From positions 26,101-58,100 of the forward strand of contig CAYZRF010000001.1 of assembly GCA_964480775.1 (NCBI GenBank): a stretch of DNA of 32,000 nt, read 5' to 3'. Positions 15,388 through 23,115 of the stretch are shown one piece after another. Position numbers and translations under genes: made by a program. Each line of letters opens with the position of its first letter. Within the stretch, counting starts at the first letter, position 1. The notes under the pieces are model-generated. The model made no database searches, was not told the DNA's origin, and worked only from the letters and a program-made list of their open reading frames with translations. This DNA is from an uncultured Nitrososphaerota archaeon (GTDB taxonomy: Archaea; Korarchaeota; Korarchaeia; Korarchaeales; Korarchaeaceae).

Positions 15388-17028
15388 TCATTTAACCATT
15401 AAGAATCTTCCGACAACAAGCCTATCCGATGCTACGGAGACTATCTTCGTTTTGAAAGTTTCTCCAACCCTTAGGTTTTTTGGGACTCCCTTAACGAGGA
15501 CAACGGGCCCTTCTTTTACTGGATAAGCTACTCTATAGCTTCTATGCCTTCCTGGTGCTAAAACGACGTCTAAGGCCTTCCCAATGAGCTCTTTTTTCCT
15601 CGCAAGGTTAAAGCTTCTTGCAGCTCTTTCGATCATCCTTGAGGCAGGATCTCTGGATGAGGATGGTCCTTCAGGCATGTTCTCAAAAGCGGAAAAAGGA
15701 AGGGGCTTAAACCTATATACGGTAACCTTCTCCACTCCGATGAGGTACAATTTCCTTATCAAGCTAGCTGTTTTCCTCGCTGTTTCTATGGTCTGACCAG
15801 GAAGGCCGTGAATGAAGTATGCATATATCCGCAATCCAGCCTTTATCGCAGACTTAATGGCTTCCACATCTTCAGATGGAGGAGATGGTCTCCCTAATAG
15901 TACTGCATGTCCATCGTCCCCTGTCTCAATTCCTACGTGTATTACAGCCCCAGGCAAATAATTTGCAAGCAGAGATATCGTCTTATTAGTCAGAAGGGAT
16001 GCCTTGGCGTTCTCAACCCCAATGTAGACCTCTTCTCTCGTTACCTCAGGTATTGACGTAACGCTGGAGAGAAGCTCTTCAATGGCCTCTATGTTAGGTT
16101 TAGGTTCTGAGGGATGTGTTGGTGGGTTAGCAATTTCCTCCCTTCTGTATTCGAGGAAGTCTGCTCCGCTTAGAGTTATCCTCTTCACCCCTCTCTTAAT
16201 TAACCCCTTTATCTCCTCAACTAGCATGCTTAAGTCCCTTGACTTTGGATATCCATAAACAGCGGGAATTGAACAATATCCACATCCTGGAGGGATTTTT
16301 TGGGGACAAAGAATTCTTGAAGATAAATTAGTGCCAAAACAAGCCCCACAAGCTCTGCATTTCTGCTGATCAGCCAAGATCAAAGCCCTATTGAAGTTTG
16401 AACACCCTCTCACAACCTCAACGTAGACCCTTGAAGCTCTATAGTGTGGAATCGAGGTGTAGTTGCATATAGCACGAAAAGAAGGCTTGTACTTGTTAAA
16501 CTCCTCCTTCTTCAGTATTTCGTGACGTGTTATGTGCGTTTTACCCTTATCGACAAGGACGAGATTGGGAACAGTTTTCAACTCGTCTGCTCCTTCTTTT
16601 ACCTCTAATTTGACCTTTTCAAGTCCTAGATTAAGCAGCGAATCTACTGCAACCTCTCCTTCTCCGAAAACGCCTAAATTATATCCTAAATAAGCTATAA
16701 CGGATGGATCACAGGTTATCGGCCCTCCTAATACCTTAAAGGAAGATTTGAAGGCTCTTGAAATCTTCCTCGCTGCAACGAGGTCCATGGTCATCGCGCT
16801 AACAAAAATGATGTCGTGCTTCGAGTACTTGGATGGCCTCCTCAGAACGTCCTCTACCCTTGCAATCCTGTAGGAAATGCCTTCTTTCTCAAATATCCCT
16901 GCTATAGTTCTAGGCCCTGCCCCTATTACATCAAGCGTGGATCTCCTGGTTCCTTCTCCCGCCGCAAGAGCGTCAACGAGAAGGACCTCACCACTCACCT
17001 CAAGAACCTTCCCTACCGGATTTTCCAT
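15388..17028 (-). CDS. Radical SAM enzyme with an N-terminal Rossmann-like (B12-binding/MTTase-N-like) domain and a C-terminal TRAM-like domain
   Basis: The 546-aa ORF has an N-terminal block (HDIIFVSAMTMDL...KVLGGPITC) and core blocks (VEVVRGCS...GCGYCSIP, ITLSGADFLEY, VIHVGIETGDD, FIHGLPGQT). The C-terminus (ALDVVLAPG...VLVKGVPKNLRVGETFKTKIVSVASDRLVVG) has the shape of a TRAM beta-barrel. The Cys motif is non-canonical (see findings). Confidence 0.82.
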   Translation of the reverse strand: MENPVGKVLEVSGEVLLVDALAAGEGTRRSTLDVIGAGPRTIAGIFEKEGISYRIARVEDVLRRPSKYSKHDIIFVSAMTMDLVAARKISRAFKSSFKVLGGPITCDPSVIAYLGYNLGVFGEGEVAVDSLLNLGLEKVKLEVKEGADELKTVPNLVLVDKGKTHITRHEILKKEEFNKYKPSFRAICNYTSIPHYRASRVYVEVVRGCSNFNRALILADQQKCRACGACFGTNLSSRILCPQKIPPGCGYCSIPAVYGYPKSRDLSMLVEEIKGLIKRGVKRITLSGADFLEYRREEIANPPTHPSEPKPNIEAIEELLSSVTSIPEVTREEVYIGVENAKASLLTNKTISLLANYLPGAVIHVGIETGDDGHAVLLGRPSPPSEDVEAIKSAIKAGLRIYAYFIHGLPGQTIETARKTASLIRKLYLIGVEKVTVYRFKPLPFSAFENMPEGPSSSRDPASRMIERAARSFNLARKKELIGKALDVVLAPGRHRSYRVAYPVKEGPVVLVKGVPKNLRVGETFKTKIVSVASDRLVVGRFLMVK

Positions 17029-17894
17029 AGGATCCCAGATTCAGATGCTATTGGCTCAACCTCTCCCTCGTCCAACATGTAAGAAAGCATTGATCTTATT
17101 GTAACGCTGGAAATTATTAGGGAGGAAACGCTTATGTTTGACCCAGCCTCTAGGAGTATGCGAGCAGTTAGGCTTTCGGCGGTAAGAGGCTCCCTATGAA
17201 GTATCCTCTTTGCCTTCTTTGGGAGGCTTTCTAAAGCGCTAATGTTTGCCTTAAGGATTTTTTCAGCCCTGTTACCTTCACAAACTGGTCCGTGAGAAGG
17301 AACTATCTTCCTGTAGTCCCTTGCATGATTAAGTAGGAACCTCATAGTCTCCAATGACGTTTTGTAATCTATGAAATAGGGGATTGCAACCGTTCTAAGC
17401 AACTTGTCGCCGAAGAAAGCGTCCCCGGCGTAAAGAAGTCCGTCTTCGGTTAAGTAGCCAACGTGTCCGAATGAGTGGCCGTGTAAGGGCACCGACTCAA
17501 AGGGCCCGAGTTTGCAGGGCGGGTCAAAGCCCTCATCTACCATCACAGAGAGGGCTGGAGCAACCTTTGTTAGCTTCTCGCTTCCTTTAGCTCCGAAAGA
17601 GAGGGCCTTCCTGATTCCAACACTTCTCGCTGAGCAGGACTCAAGGGCTGGACCCATTACAACTGCTCCTGTAAGTTCTACAAGCTTCGGTATTGCGGCC
17701 AGGTGATCTGAGTGGCTGTGGGTTATCAGTACTCGTTTCCTTTTCTCGCTATCCAAACTTTTTGCGAGCTCTTCCCCTCTTTTGGGATGCGCTCCTGGGT
17801 CAACTATCCAGATCTCGCCTTCATAGGATATCACGAGCGTGCTTGGAGAACCAGGGGCCAGCAGTGCACCCTTTCCTAACTTCCTGAATTCCAT
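17013..17894 (-). CDS. MBL-fold metallo-hydrolase with a C-terminal helical/winged-helix-like extension
   Basis: The HxHxDH motif is present (ITHSHSDHLAA), followed by PLHGHSFGHVGY, YAGDAFF and VPSHGP. The preferred start is the ATG at 17894 (MEFRKLG), preceded by GTGATC. The alternative GTG at 17954 would overlap the upstream gene by 11 nt. The 3' end overlaps the radical SAM start by 16 nt. Confidence 0.87.
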   Translation of the reverse strand: MEFRKLGKGALLAPGSPSTLVISYEGEIWIVDPGAHPKRGEELAKSLDSEKRKRVLITHSHSDHLAAIPKLVELTGAVVMGPALESCSARSVGIRKALSFGAKGSEKLTKVAPALSVMVDEGFDPPCKLGPFESVPLHGHSFGHVGYLTEDGLLYAGDAFFGDKLLRTVAIPYFIDYKTSLETMRFLLNHARDYRKIVPSHGPVCEGNRAEKILKANISALESLPKKAKRILHREPLTAESLTARILLEAGSNISVSSLIISSVTIRSMLSYMLDEGEVEPIASESGILWKIR

Positions 17895-17943
17895 CCAGAT
17901 CACTGGAACTAAAGCTGTCGAGTGAAAATAAAAAGAGAAGAAA

Positions 17944-18195
17944 TCAACCCCCACCTACTATTGGAATGAATGAAACGACATCTTCCTCCTTAAGTACAGC
18001 AGAAAGACCACCGAACTCATCCGCAGGTTTACCATTAATCAATATAATTATTGAAAGCCTCTCATCCCTGTAAATAAGCCTCCTTGCCTCATCAGGAAGC
18101 TTCTCAATGAACTCTTTGAGGGTTAAGGACGTTTCAACTTCCATCTCCTTCCCTAAGATCTCTGTTAGTCTTCCAATGAACTTGGCCTTGGGCAT
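17944..18195 (-). CDS. MoaD/ThiS-like beta-grasp (ubiquitin-like, SAMP-like) small protein ending in Gly-Gly-Gly
   Basis: The 83 aa from the ATG at 18195 are preceded by AGGTGA with 5 nt spacing. The length and pattern match MoaD-type carriers (MPKAKFIGRLTEILGKEMEVE...ILINGKP...LKEEDVVSFIPIVGGG-stop). Confidence 0.75.
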   Translation of the reverse strand: MPKAKFIGRLTEILGKEMEVETSLTLKEFIEKLPDEARRLIYRDERLSIIILINGKPADEFGGLSAVLKEEDVVSFIPIVGGG

Positions 18196-18204
18196 GGAGT
18201 TCAC

Positions 18205-19512
18205 CTAACTTCCAGCCCTCTCCTCTTCTTTTGGTTCCTTGACATACCAGATAAATACCATGAGGGTGATAAATCCTATCAAGGAGCTTATGAAGAATGG
18301 TAAGGCAGCTCCAGGGACCAAAATTCCTCCAATCTTGAACGACTTGGGGGCATAGAGCTGGTAAATGTGCCCTCCAATCAGGGGACCTACCACGGCTCCT
18401 ATGTTAAATGCTGCCTGCACTGTCCCGAAGATCTTGCCCCTAACCTCTTTGGGCACTATGTCTGCCTGAAGGGCCCTAAAAGAAGGCATGGAGAAGTTGA
18501 ATGCCACCGACCTCAGACTTGTTAGCACTCCAAAACCCTTCAAGCTCCTCGTGAAAGGTATAAGCATGGTCGTTAACCTGGAGAAGAAGGTGCCAGATAT
18601 TATGGTGGGCCGCCTTCCTATGGAGTCAGAAATCCTACCTGCTGGATAGGTGACAGCTAAGCCGATGAGCCCTGCTATTGTGAAGACGCTTGCAACCGCA
18701 GCAGGATCTGCCTTTATGAATTCGATTATGAATATGCTGAAAAGGGGAGCTGTGAGACCCATTCCAACCCCATTGGCAATTGCCATGGCATATATGGCGT
18801 TGATGCTTTTTCTGGTCTCTTCTGGAATCTCTATCTCCGTTTTTACGTTCTTATTTTCTTTAGGCATAGGTTTAGGGCTTCTAACCCCGCTTTCCTCCAG
18901 CAATAAGGTGGCTGGGATAGCTAAAGATGAAAAAAGTGCAAGTCCGAAAAAGGGGAACTTGAGTGCCTTTCCTACCTCTTTAATTCCGAGGAAAATGACG
19001 CCAAATTTGTAGATTGCAGCTCCGACGGCTGGACCCGATGTCATCGCCAGGTTATTTGCTATCATGTAGACCGCCATTGCTCTTCCTCTATGACTTGGTT
19101 CAATTGTATCCATTAGTAGGGCTTCAGCGACGGGCCAGACCATTGCTGACGCTATTCCTTGGAATCCCCTTATTAGATAGAGGTGAATCGTGGAGGAAGA
19201 TACGATGTACGCAAAGGCCATCAAAACGTAAAAAATGGTTCCGACCAGAATGATTTTCTTCCTCCCTACTCTGTCGCTTAGGGTTCCGAAGTATCTAGCC
19301 ATGATGGCTCTCGTTAACATGAAAGCCGATGTCAAGGCAGTAAACTCCAGTGCATAACTTGATGCCCCAGAAATCTTCTCGAAGGTTTCAGGAAGCCTAT
19401 CAAGCCTTCCACCAAGGTATAGTATATAGTATGGTAGAACGGCCGATATAGATCCAAAGCCAAGGCTGACCATAAAACCAAGCCAAGAGAGGAGTGCTAG
19501 GTTCTTCTTCAT
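18205..19512 (-). CDS. MFS transporter (2 of 4), first gene of the Ubl/MBL/radical-SAM operon
   Basis: Motif A is GTLSDRVGRKKIIL, with the second-half motif GRISDSIGRRPTI, in a multi-span hydrophobic protein. The preferred start is the ATG at 19512 (MKKNLALLSWLGF). The ORF track extends to 19593. Confidence 0.88.
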   Translation of the reverse strand: MKKNLALLSWLGFMVSLGFGSISAVLPYYILYLGGRLDRLPETFEKISGASSYALEFTALTSAFMLTRAIMARYFGTLSDRVGRKKIILVGTIFYVLMAFAYIVSSSTIHLYLIRGFQGIASAMVWPVAEALLMDTIEPSHRGRAMAVYMIANNLAMTSGPAVGAAIYKFGVIFLGIKEVGKALKFPFFGLALFSSLAIPATLLLEESGVRSPKPMPKENKNVKTEIEIPEETRKSINAIYAMAIANGVGMGLTAPLFSIFIIEFIKADPAAVASVFTIAGLIGLAVTYPAGRISDSIGRRPTIISGTFFSRLTTMLIPFTRSLKGFGVLTSLRSVAFNFSMPSFRALQADIVPKEVRGKIFGTVQAAFNIGAVVGPLIGGHIYQLYAPKSFKIGGILVPGAALPFFISSLIGFITLMVFIWYVKEPKEEERAGS

Positions 19513-19906
19513 TTTTTGACCTTCTTTAATCTCCTCGACATGTATAAAAGAATTAATCATCCACTTACAACCCGATTTTCGAGGAATGGACAAAATCTCT
19601 TATCTAAAACGAGAGAATTCGTAGATAGAAGGAATTATTTATTCTTAGACAAACCCTTGAGAAGCTGGAATATGAGTGTTTGACTAATTGGTTTCTTTCT
19701 CAAGCAGAAAGCCTAAAAGAGGTAATTAATATAAAATGCGAAATTCTTACCTTAAAAATAAATCAAAACCCTCTTTCTTCATTATCTAAGATCGAGAATA
19801 AAAGAGAATAAAAATTTCTGAAACCTTGGTAATTAAAAGTTATCATCCAAAATAAAACATCCAACCAAGGACTCGGCAAGATCTAAAGCCCCTACGGTGC
19901 TGGAGT

Positions 19907-19936
19907 TAGATTTTGGGGATTTATCTCTAAAATCTA
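19907..19936. repeat. 8-bp inverted repeat inside a 500-bp AT-rich intergenic region
   Basis: TAGATTTT (19907-19914) and AAAATCTA (19929-19936) are separated by a 14-nt spacer. ATCTAA at 19881-19886 can alternatively pair with TTAGAT at 19906-19911. Confidence 0.3.
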
Positions 19937-20095
19937 GTAATAGAAATAGGATTAAGTTATATAGTTTACCTATTTCATGTACTTCATCTCATTTCACAAA
20001 ATTTATCCTTTAATCCCAGCGATTTGATAGAAGAACTTATAAATTAACCGGAATTCGCCCTCTTGACCCTCTAAAACCAGAGGAGGCTATCTGAG

Positions 20096-20557
20096 GTGGA
20101 GAGACTGACCAAAGACATCTCATGCATTGTGGTATATGGTCTGCAGAAGGTACTGTGGGAGACTTTGGGTGAAGGATCTCTCGCCTTCACATCGCTGATT
20201 GGTGAGGAGGTGCTTAAGGTTTTGGAGAATGAGGCAGGCCTGAAAGTTGAGGGAGATGGAGCCCAAGATTTGCTGAATAATATTGGACAGATCTTCGTTG
20301 AAAAAATAGGGCTCGCAAAGAGTTTTTCTTCGAAAATAGACGGAGACACGGTCAACATGGAAGTTGAAGGATGTTACTTCTTCAACGTGGAGGAAATGCT
20401 TGCCAAGAACAACATAAAGCCATTCGTATGTCCCTTCATGAATGCTTCTACATACGCAATGAGGAGGAACCTTAACGTGAGGTCAAAGATAAACGATGTA
20501 ACCATAGACGTGCCGTCGAAGAAGTGTACGATGCAGTTCCAAATGCTACGGAAGTGA
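20096..20557 (+). CDS. V4R-like domain protein (COG1719-type 'hydrocarbon-binding' protein)
   Basis: The GTG start is preceded by GAGGAGG about 9 nt upstream. The 153-aa ORF has the C-terminal pattern VNMEVEGCYFF...KPFVCPFMNASTYAM, resembling the conserved Cys-containing core of archaeal V4R proteins. Its position next to a Roadblock gene is typical for that family. The assignment is by eye. Confidence 0.55.
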   Translation: MERLTKDISCIVVYGLQKVLWETLGEGSLAFTSLIGEEVLKVLENEAGLKVEGDGAQDLLNNIGQIFVEKIGLAKSFSSKIDGDTVNMEVEGCYFFNVEEMLAKNNIKPFVCPFMNASTYAMRRNLNVRSKINDVTIDVPSKKCTMQFQMLRK

Positions 20558-20570
20558 ATGGTGGCGCGGT

Positions 20571-20939
20571 ATGGTACTAACAGGAATTGACATGAATCAA
20601 AAACTTGCCTCTTTCGTGAGTGAGGTTCCAGGACTAGAAGTTGCAGCGCTAGTATCATTTGATGGTCTCATCGTCGCCTCATCCTTTCCAAAAAAAGATG
20701 CTAGAGAGGATAGAATTGCGGCCATGTCTTCTGCTCTGTTAAGCATAGCTTCTGTAATTGCAGACGAGCTACGGAGGGGAAAATTTGAAAGGGCAATGAT
20801 AGAGGGAACAAGAGGCTCTGTGATCTTGCTTCCTGCAGGAGATGACTTTTTACTTGTGGCAGTTTGTTCTGCGGAAGCAAGGCTGGGGATGTTGCTTTAC
20901 GAACTTGAAAGAATGGTAAACTCCATAGCTCCCAAGTAG
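20571..20939 (+). CDS. Roadblock/LC7 (MglB-like) domain protein
   Basis: The 122-aa ORF shows LASFVSEVPGLEVAALVSFDGLIVASS...AAMSSALLSIASVIADEL...GSVILLPAGDDFLLVAVCSAEARLGML, the canonical Roadblock/LC7 pattern. Confidence 0.85.
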   Translation: MVLTGIDMNQKLASFVSEVPGLEVAALVSFDGLIVASSFPKKDAREDRIAAMSSALLSIASVIADELRRGKFERAMIEGTRGSVILLPAGDDFLLVAVCSAEARLGMLLYELERMVNSIAPK

Positions 20940-20991
20940 GTTGTCAAATGGCCTGCTTTTGATCAAAAGAGAGTTGGGAGTTGGATGAAAG

Positions 20992-21276
20992 ATGCCAGCA
21001 GTAGTTCTTACAAAAGAAGGTTTTCTTAAGGAGATGGAGGGTGCTATTCCAGATGGTTGTCTGGTAGTAGTTTCTTCAGATGTACTGGAGGCAGTAAATC
21101 CCTTCTCAAGAAAGGCATATTTCGAGGTAACGGCAGGAATTCCATCCAACATATTCAAAAAACAGGAAAAGAGCGTCGTTCTACCAAAAGTCAAGGGTGG
21201 AAAATCAGAGATGACACTAATGCTCGTCGTCTGCAAACCAAAACTTCTAACAGAAAAAGCCAGAGAAGGTATATGA
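20992..21276 (+). CDS. Hypothetical small protein (94 aa), third gene of the V4R/Roadblock unit
   Basis: It lies on the same strand 52 nt downstream of the Roadblock gene and has a Lys/Glu/Val-rich composition. The competing antisense ORF 20850..21296 is Ser/Thr/Phe/Pro-rich and looks like a shadow ORF. No P-loop or other motif is present. Confidence 0.5.
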   Translation: MPAVVLTKEGFLKEMEGAIPDGCLVVVSSDVLEAVNPFSRKAYFEVTAGIPSNIFKKQEKSVVLPKVKGGKSEMTLMLVVCKPKLLTEKAREGI

Positions 21277-21362
21277 CATAAGTAACCCATAGACAAAAGG
21301 GCAGGGGCTGATAAAAATGGAAATTTAGCGTAATACCTCCAGAATGGCTCTCCTCTATTCTT

Positions 21363-22595
21363 TTATGGGATAGAAGAGTTGTTATTTGCATCATCTCTTC
21401 TTTCTCCAAAAGTGGGGCTTTTACCCTTCATTTTGAAGGCCATTAAAATCAGAGCGCCCATGCTAATTCCTCCAAAACTCCAAACCAGAGTCGGGGAGAA
21501 GTTATAGACTAAGCCTGCCAGAGGGCTTCCAACCGCATTAAAGGCGCTGAAGGCCATGGATCCAATTGCTTCAACCCTTCCTCTAATTTCTGGGGGAGTT
21601 ACATCGCTCATCATTGCGAACAACGCAGCGCTCGGGGTAAAAGCACCCATTAGACCTATGGACACAGGGATAACCCACTGCCTCGATGGAGCTGTTACCA
21701 ACAACATATAACCCAAAAACCTGGTAAATCCCCCAAGCATAATGGTCTGATTTCTCCCCCATCTGTCAGCAAGGTGGCCTGAGACTGGAGTGGTTATCAA
21801 GGTTACAACATTTGCAAGAGACGTCGCCAAGCCCCAGATCGAGGGATCCATTCCAACATCTTTTACGGCGAAGATCTGCAGGAAGGGGTTGATCGTCATT
21901 ACAGTACCAAAGGAGATTACTCTAAGGAGCACGACCTTTCCCGCTTCCTTCTTTGTGAGCCAGGGCATTATCTCCGCATAGGCTCCAAGCATTCCAGAAA
22001 GGCTAAGTCTTTCTATAGATCTTTCTCTCGTTTCAATAAGCTTTAACCTTGAAATTCCTGCGATTAAGTAGAGGAAAAAGGAGATTACATAGAGTTCTCT
22101 TGTACCCTTAAGTAATTCGTTTTTAGATACGATCCAAGCGCCTAAAGTGGGTCCAAAAATGCTTCCTATCCACCAACTCGCGTCACAGTAAGATCTATAC
22201 CTGCCAGCAACGTTGACGGGTAGGCTATCCGATAGTATGGCCATTATTGCTGGATCTATTATCATTGAAAGTCCTTTACCAGCACTTAGAGCTAATATAT
22301 GGATCCAGCTTCTTGATAGGGAGAAGAAAAGACTCACCAGAGCCATGGAAAATGTTGCAGGTACTATTATGGCCTTTCTTCCATATCTATCAGCCAAATA
22401 TCCCCCAAATGGTTTAATGAAAAACGAAGTTACCGCATTTGCCGCTGCTATAAGACCTACCTGTGCTGAACTAGCTCCCAGGGATACCGCATACAAGTAG
22501 AAGTACGTACCTACTCCAGTCTCGGCCAAACCCATCAGGAGCCAATTTGATCCAATTATGATGACGTTTCTTTTTATCAGCTTTCTTTGGTACAC
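21363..22595 (-). CDS. MFS transporter (3 of 4)
   Basis: The GTG start is preceded by AGGAGTG. Motif A is GGYLADRYGRKAIIV, with the second-half motif GHLADRWGRNQTIM. Confidence 0.88.
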   Translation of the reverse strand: MYQRKLIKRNVIIIGSNWLLMGLAETGVGTYFYLYAVSLGASSAQVGLIAAANAVTSFFIKPFGGYLADRYGRKAIIVPATFSMALVSLFFSLSRSWIHILALSAGKGLSMIIDPAIMAILSDSLPVNVAGRYRSYCDASWWIGSIFGPTLGAWIVSKNELLKGTRELYVISFFLYLIAGISRLKLIETRERSIERLSLSGMLGAYAEIMPWLTKKEAGKVVLLRVISFGTVMTINPFLQIFAVKDVGMDPSIWGLATSLANVVTLITTPVSGHLADRWGRNQTIMLGGFTRFLGYMLLVTAPSRQWVIPVSIGLMGAFTPSAALFAMMSDVTPPEIRGRVEAIGSMAFSAFNAVGSPLAGLVYNFSPTLVWSFGGISMGALILMAFKMKGKSPTFGERRDDANNNSSIP

Positions 22596-23115
22596 TTCGC
22601 TTCCACTCCTTTTACCTTAGAATCGGTGAAGTTCCCTTGAAAGGTTGCTTTTAATTTAAACACCTTCTCCAAGGTTGAAAATGAACCTAAACGAGAATCT
22701 TTCTTAAAGCTGATTTTTCTCCACGCCCACCCCCAACATTCTTCAAAACAGCAGGATCCCAGAGCTCATATTGATCTCCCCTTAGTAAACCCTTTATCCA
22801 TATGCAGCCAACTCATTAACCATCAACTTTAGCGATGAGGAGTCCGCTGTGGTCAAAGTCCTGGTAATCAGTAACGGCCTATAGATCCTTAATCGTTCTC
22901 CTCTCTAATCTCCCAAAACATCGCGTAAGGAAGTTGTACCATAATATGGCGTCTCTACAGGGCGCCACCTCTATCATATGGAATTAAGACTTCAGCCTTT
23001 TCTAATTTTAACCTTGGATACGAATTCGGACAATGAACTGAACCCAGTCGTTGGACAAAGATATAAGATGGAGGGGTCTAAATCCCATCAGATTCTTTTA
23101 AGTGCGAGGAGACAG

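Noticed and set aside
19594-20095. The AT-rich 500-bp region, considered as a replication origin.
   Set aside because: No orc1/cdc6 gene is adjacent. I see only short 6-8 bp inverted repeats rather than multiple long ORB-type repeats flanking an unwinding element.
20850-21409. Minus-strand ORFs 20850..21296 (148 aa) and 21191..21409, and plus-strand ORF 21057..21281, all competing with the 94-aa ORF.
   Set aside because: Their products are Ser/Thr/Phe/Pro-rich or Arg/Ser/Gly-rich. The 148-aa ORF would also overlap the 3' end of the well-supported Roadblock gene. The 94-aa plus-strand frame fits operon polarity and local composition better.
22978-23115. N-terminal 46-codon extension of the PLP-enzyme ORF. 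Similar upstream extensions occur at 108-128, 3551-3589, 6851-6931, 10554-10616, 17895-17954, 19513-19593, 27505-27573 and 29441-29479.
   Set aside because: In each case an internal ATG, GTG or TTG has a better SD or TATA context and gives a family-typical N-terminus or a clean signal anchor. The extensions read as non-protein-like sequence. The starts are not experimentally verifiable from the sequence alone.
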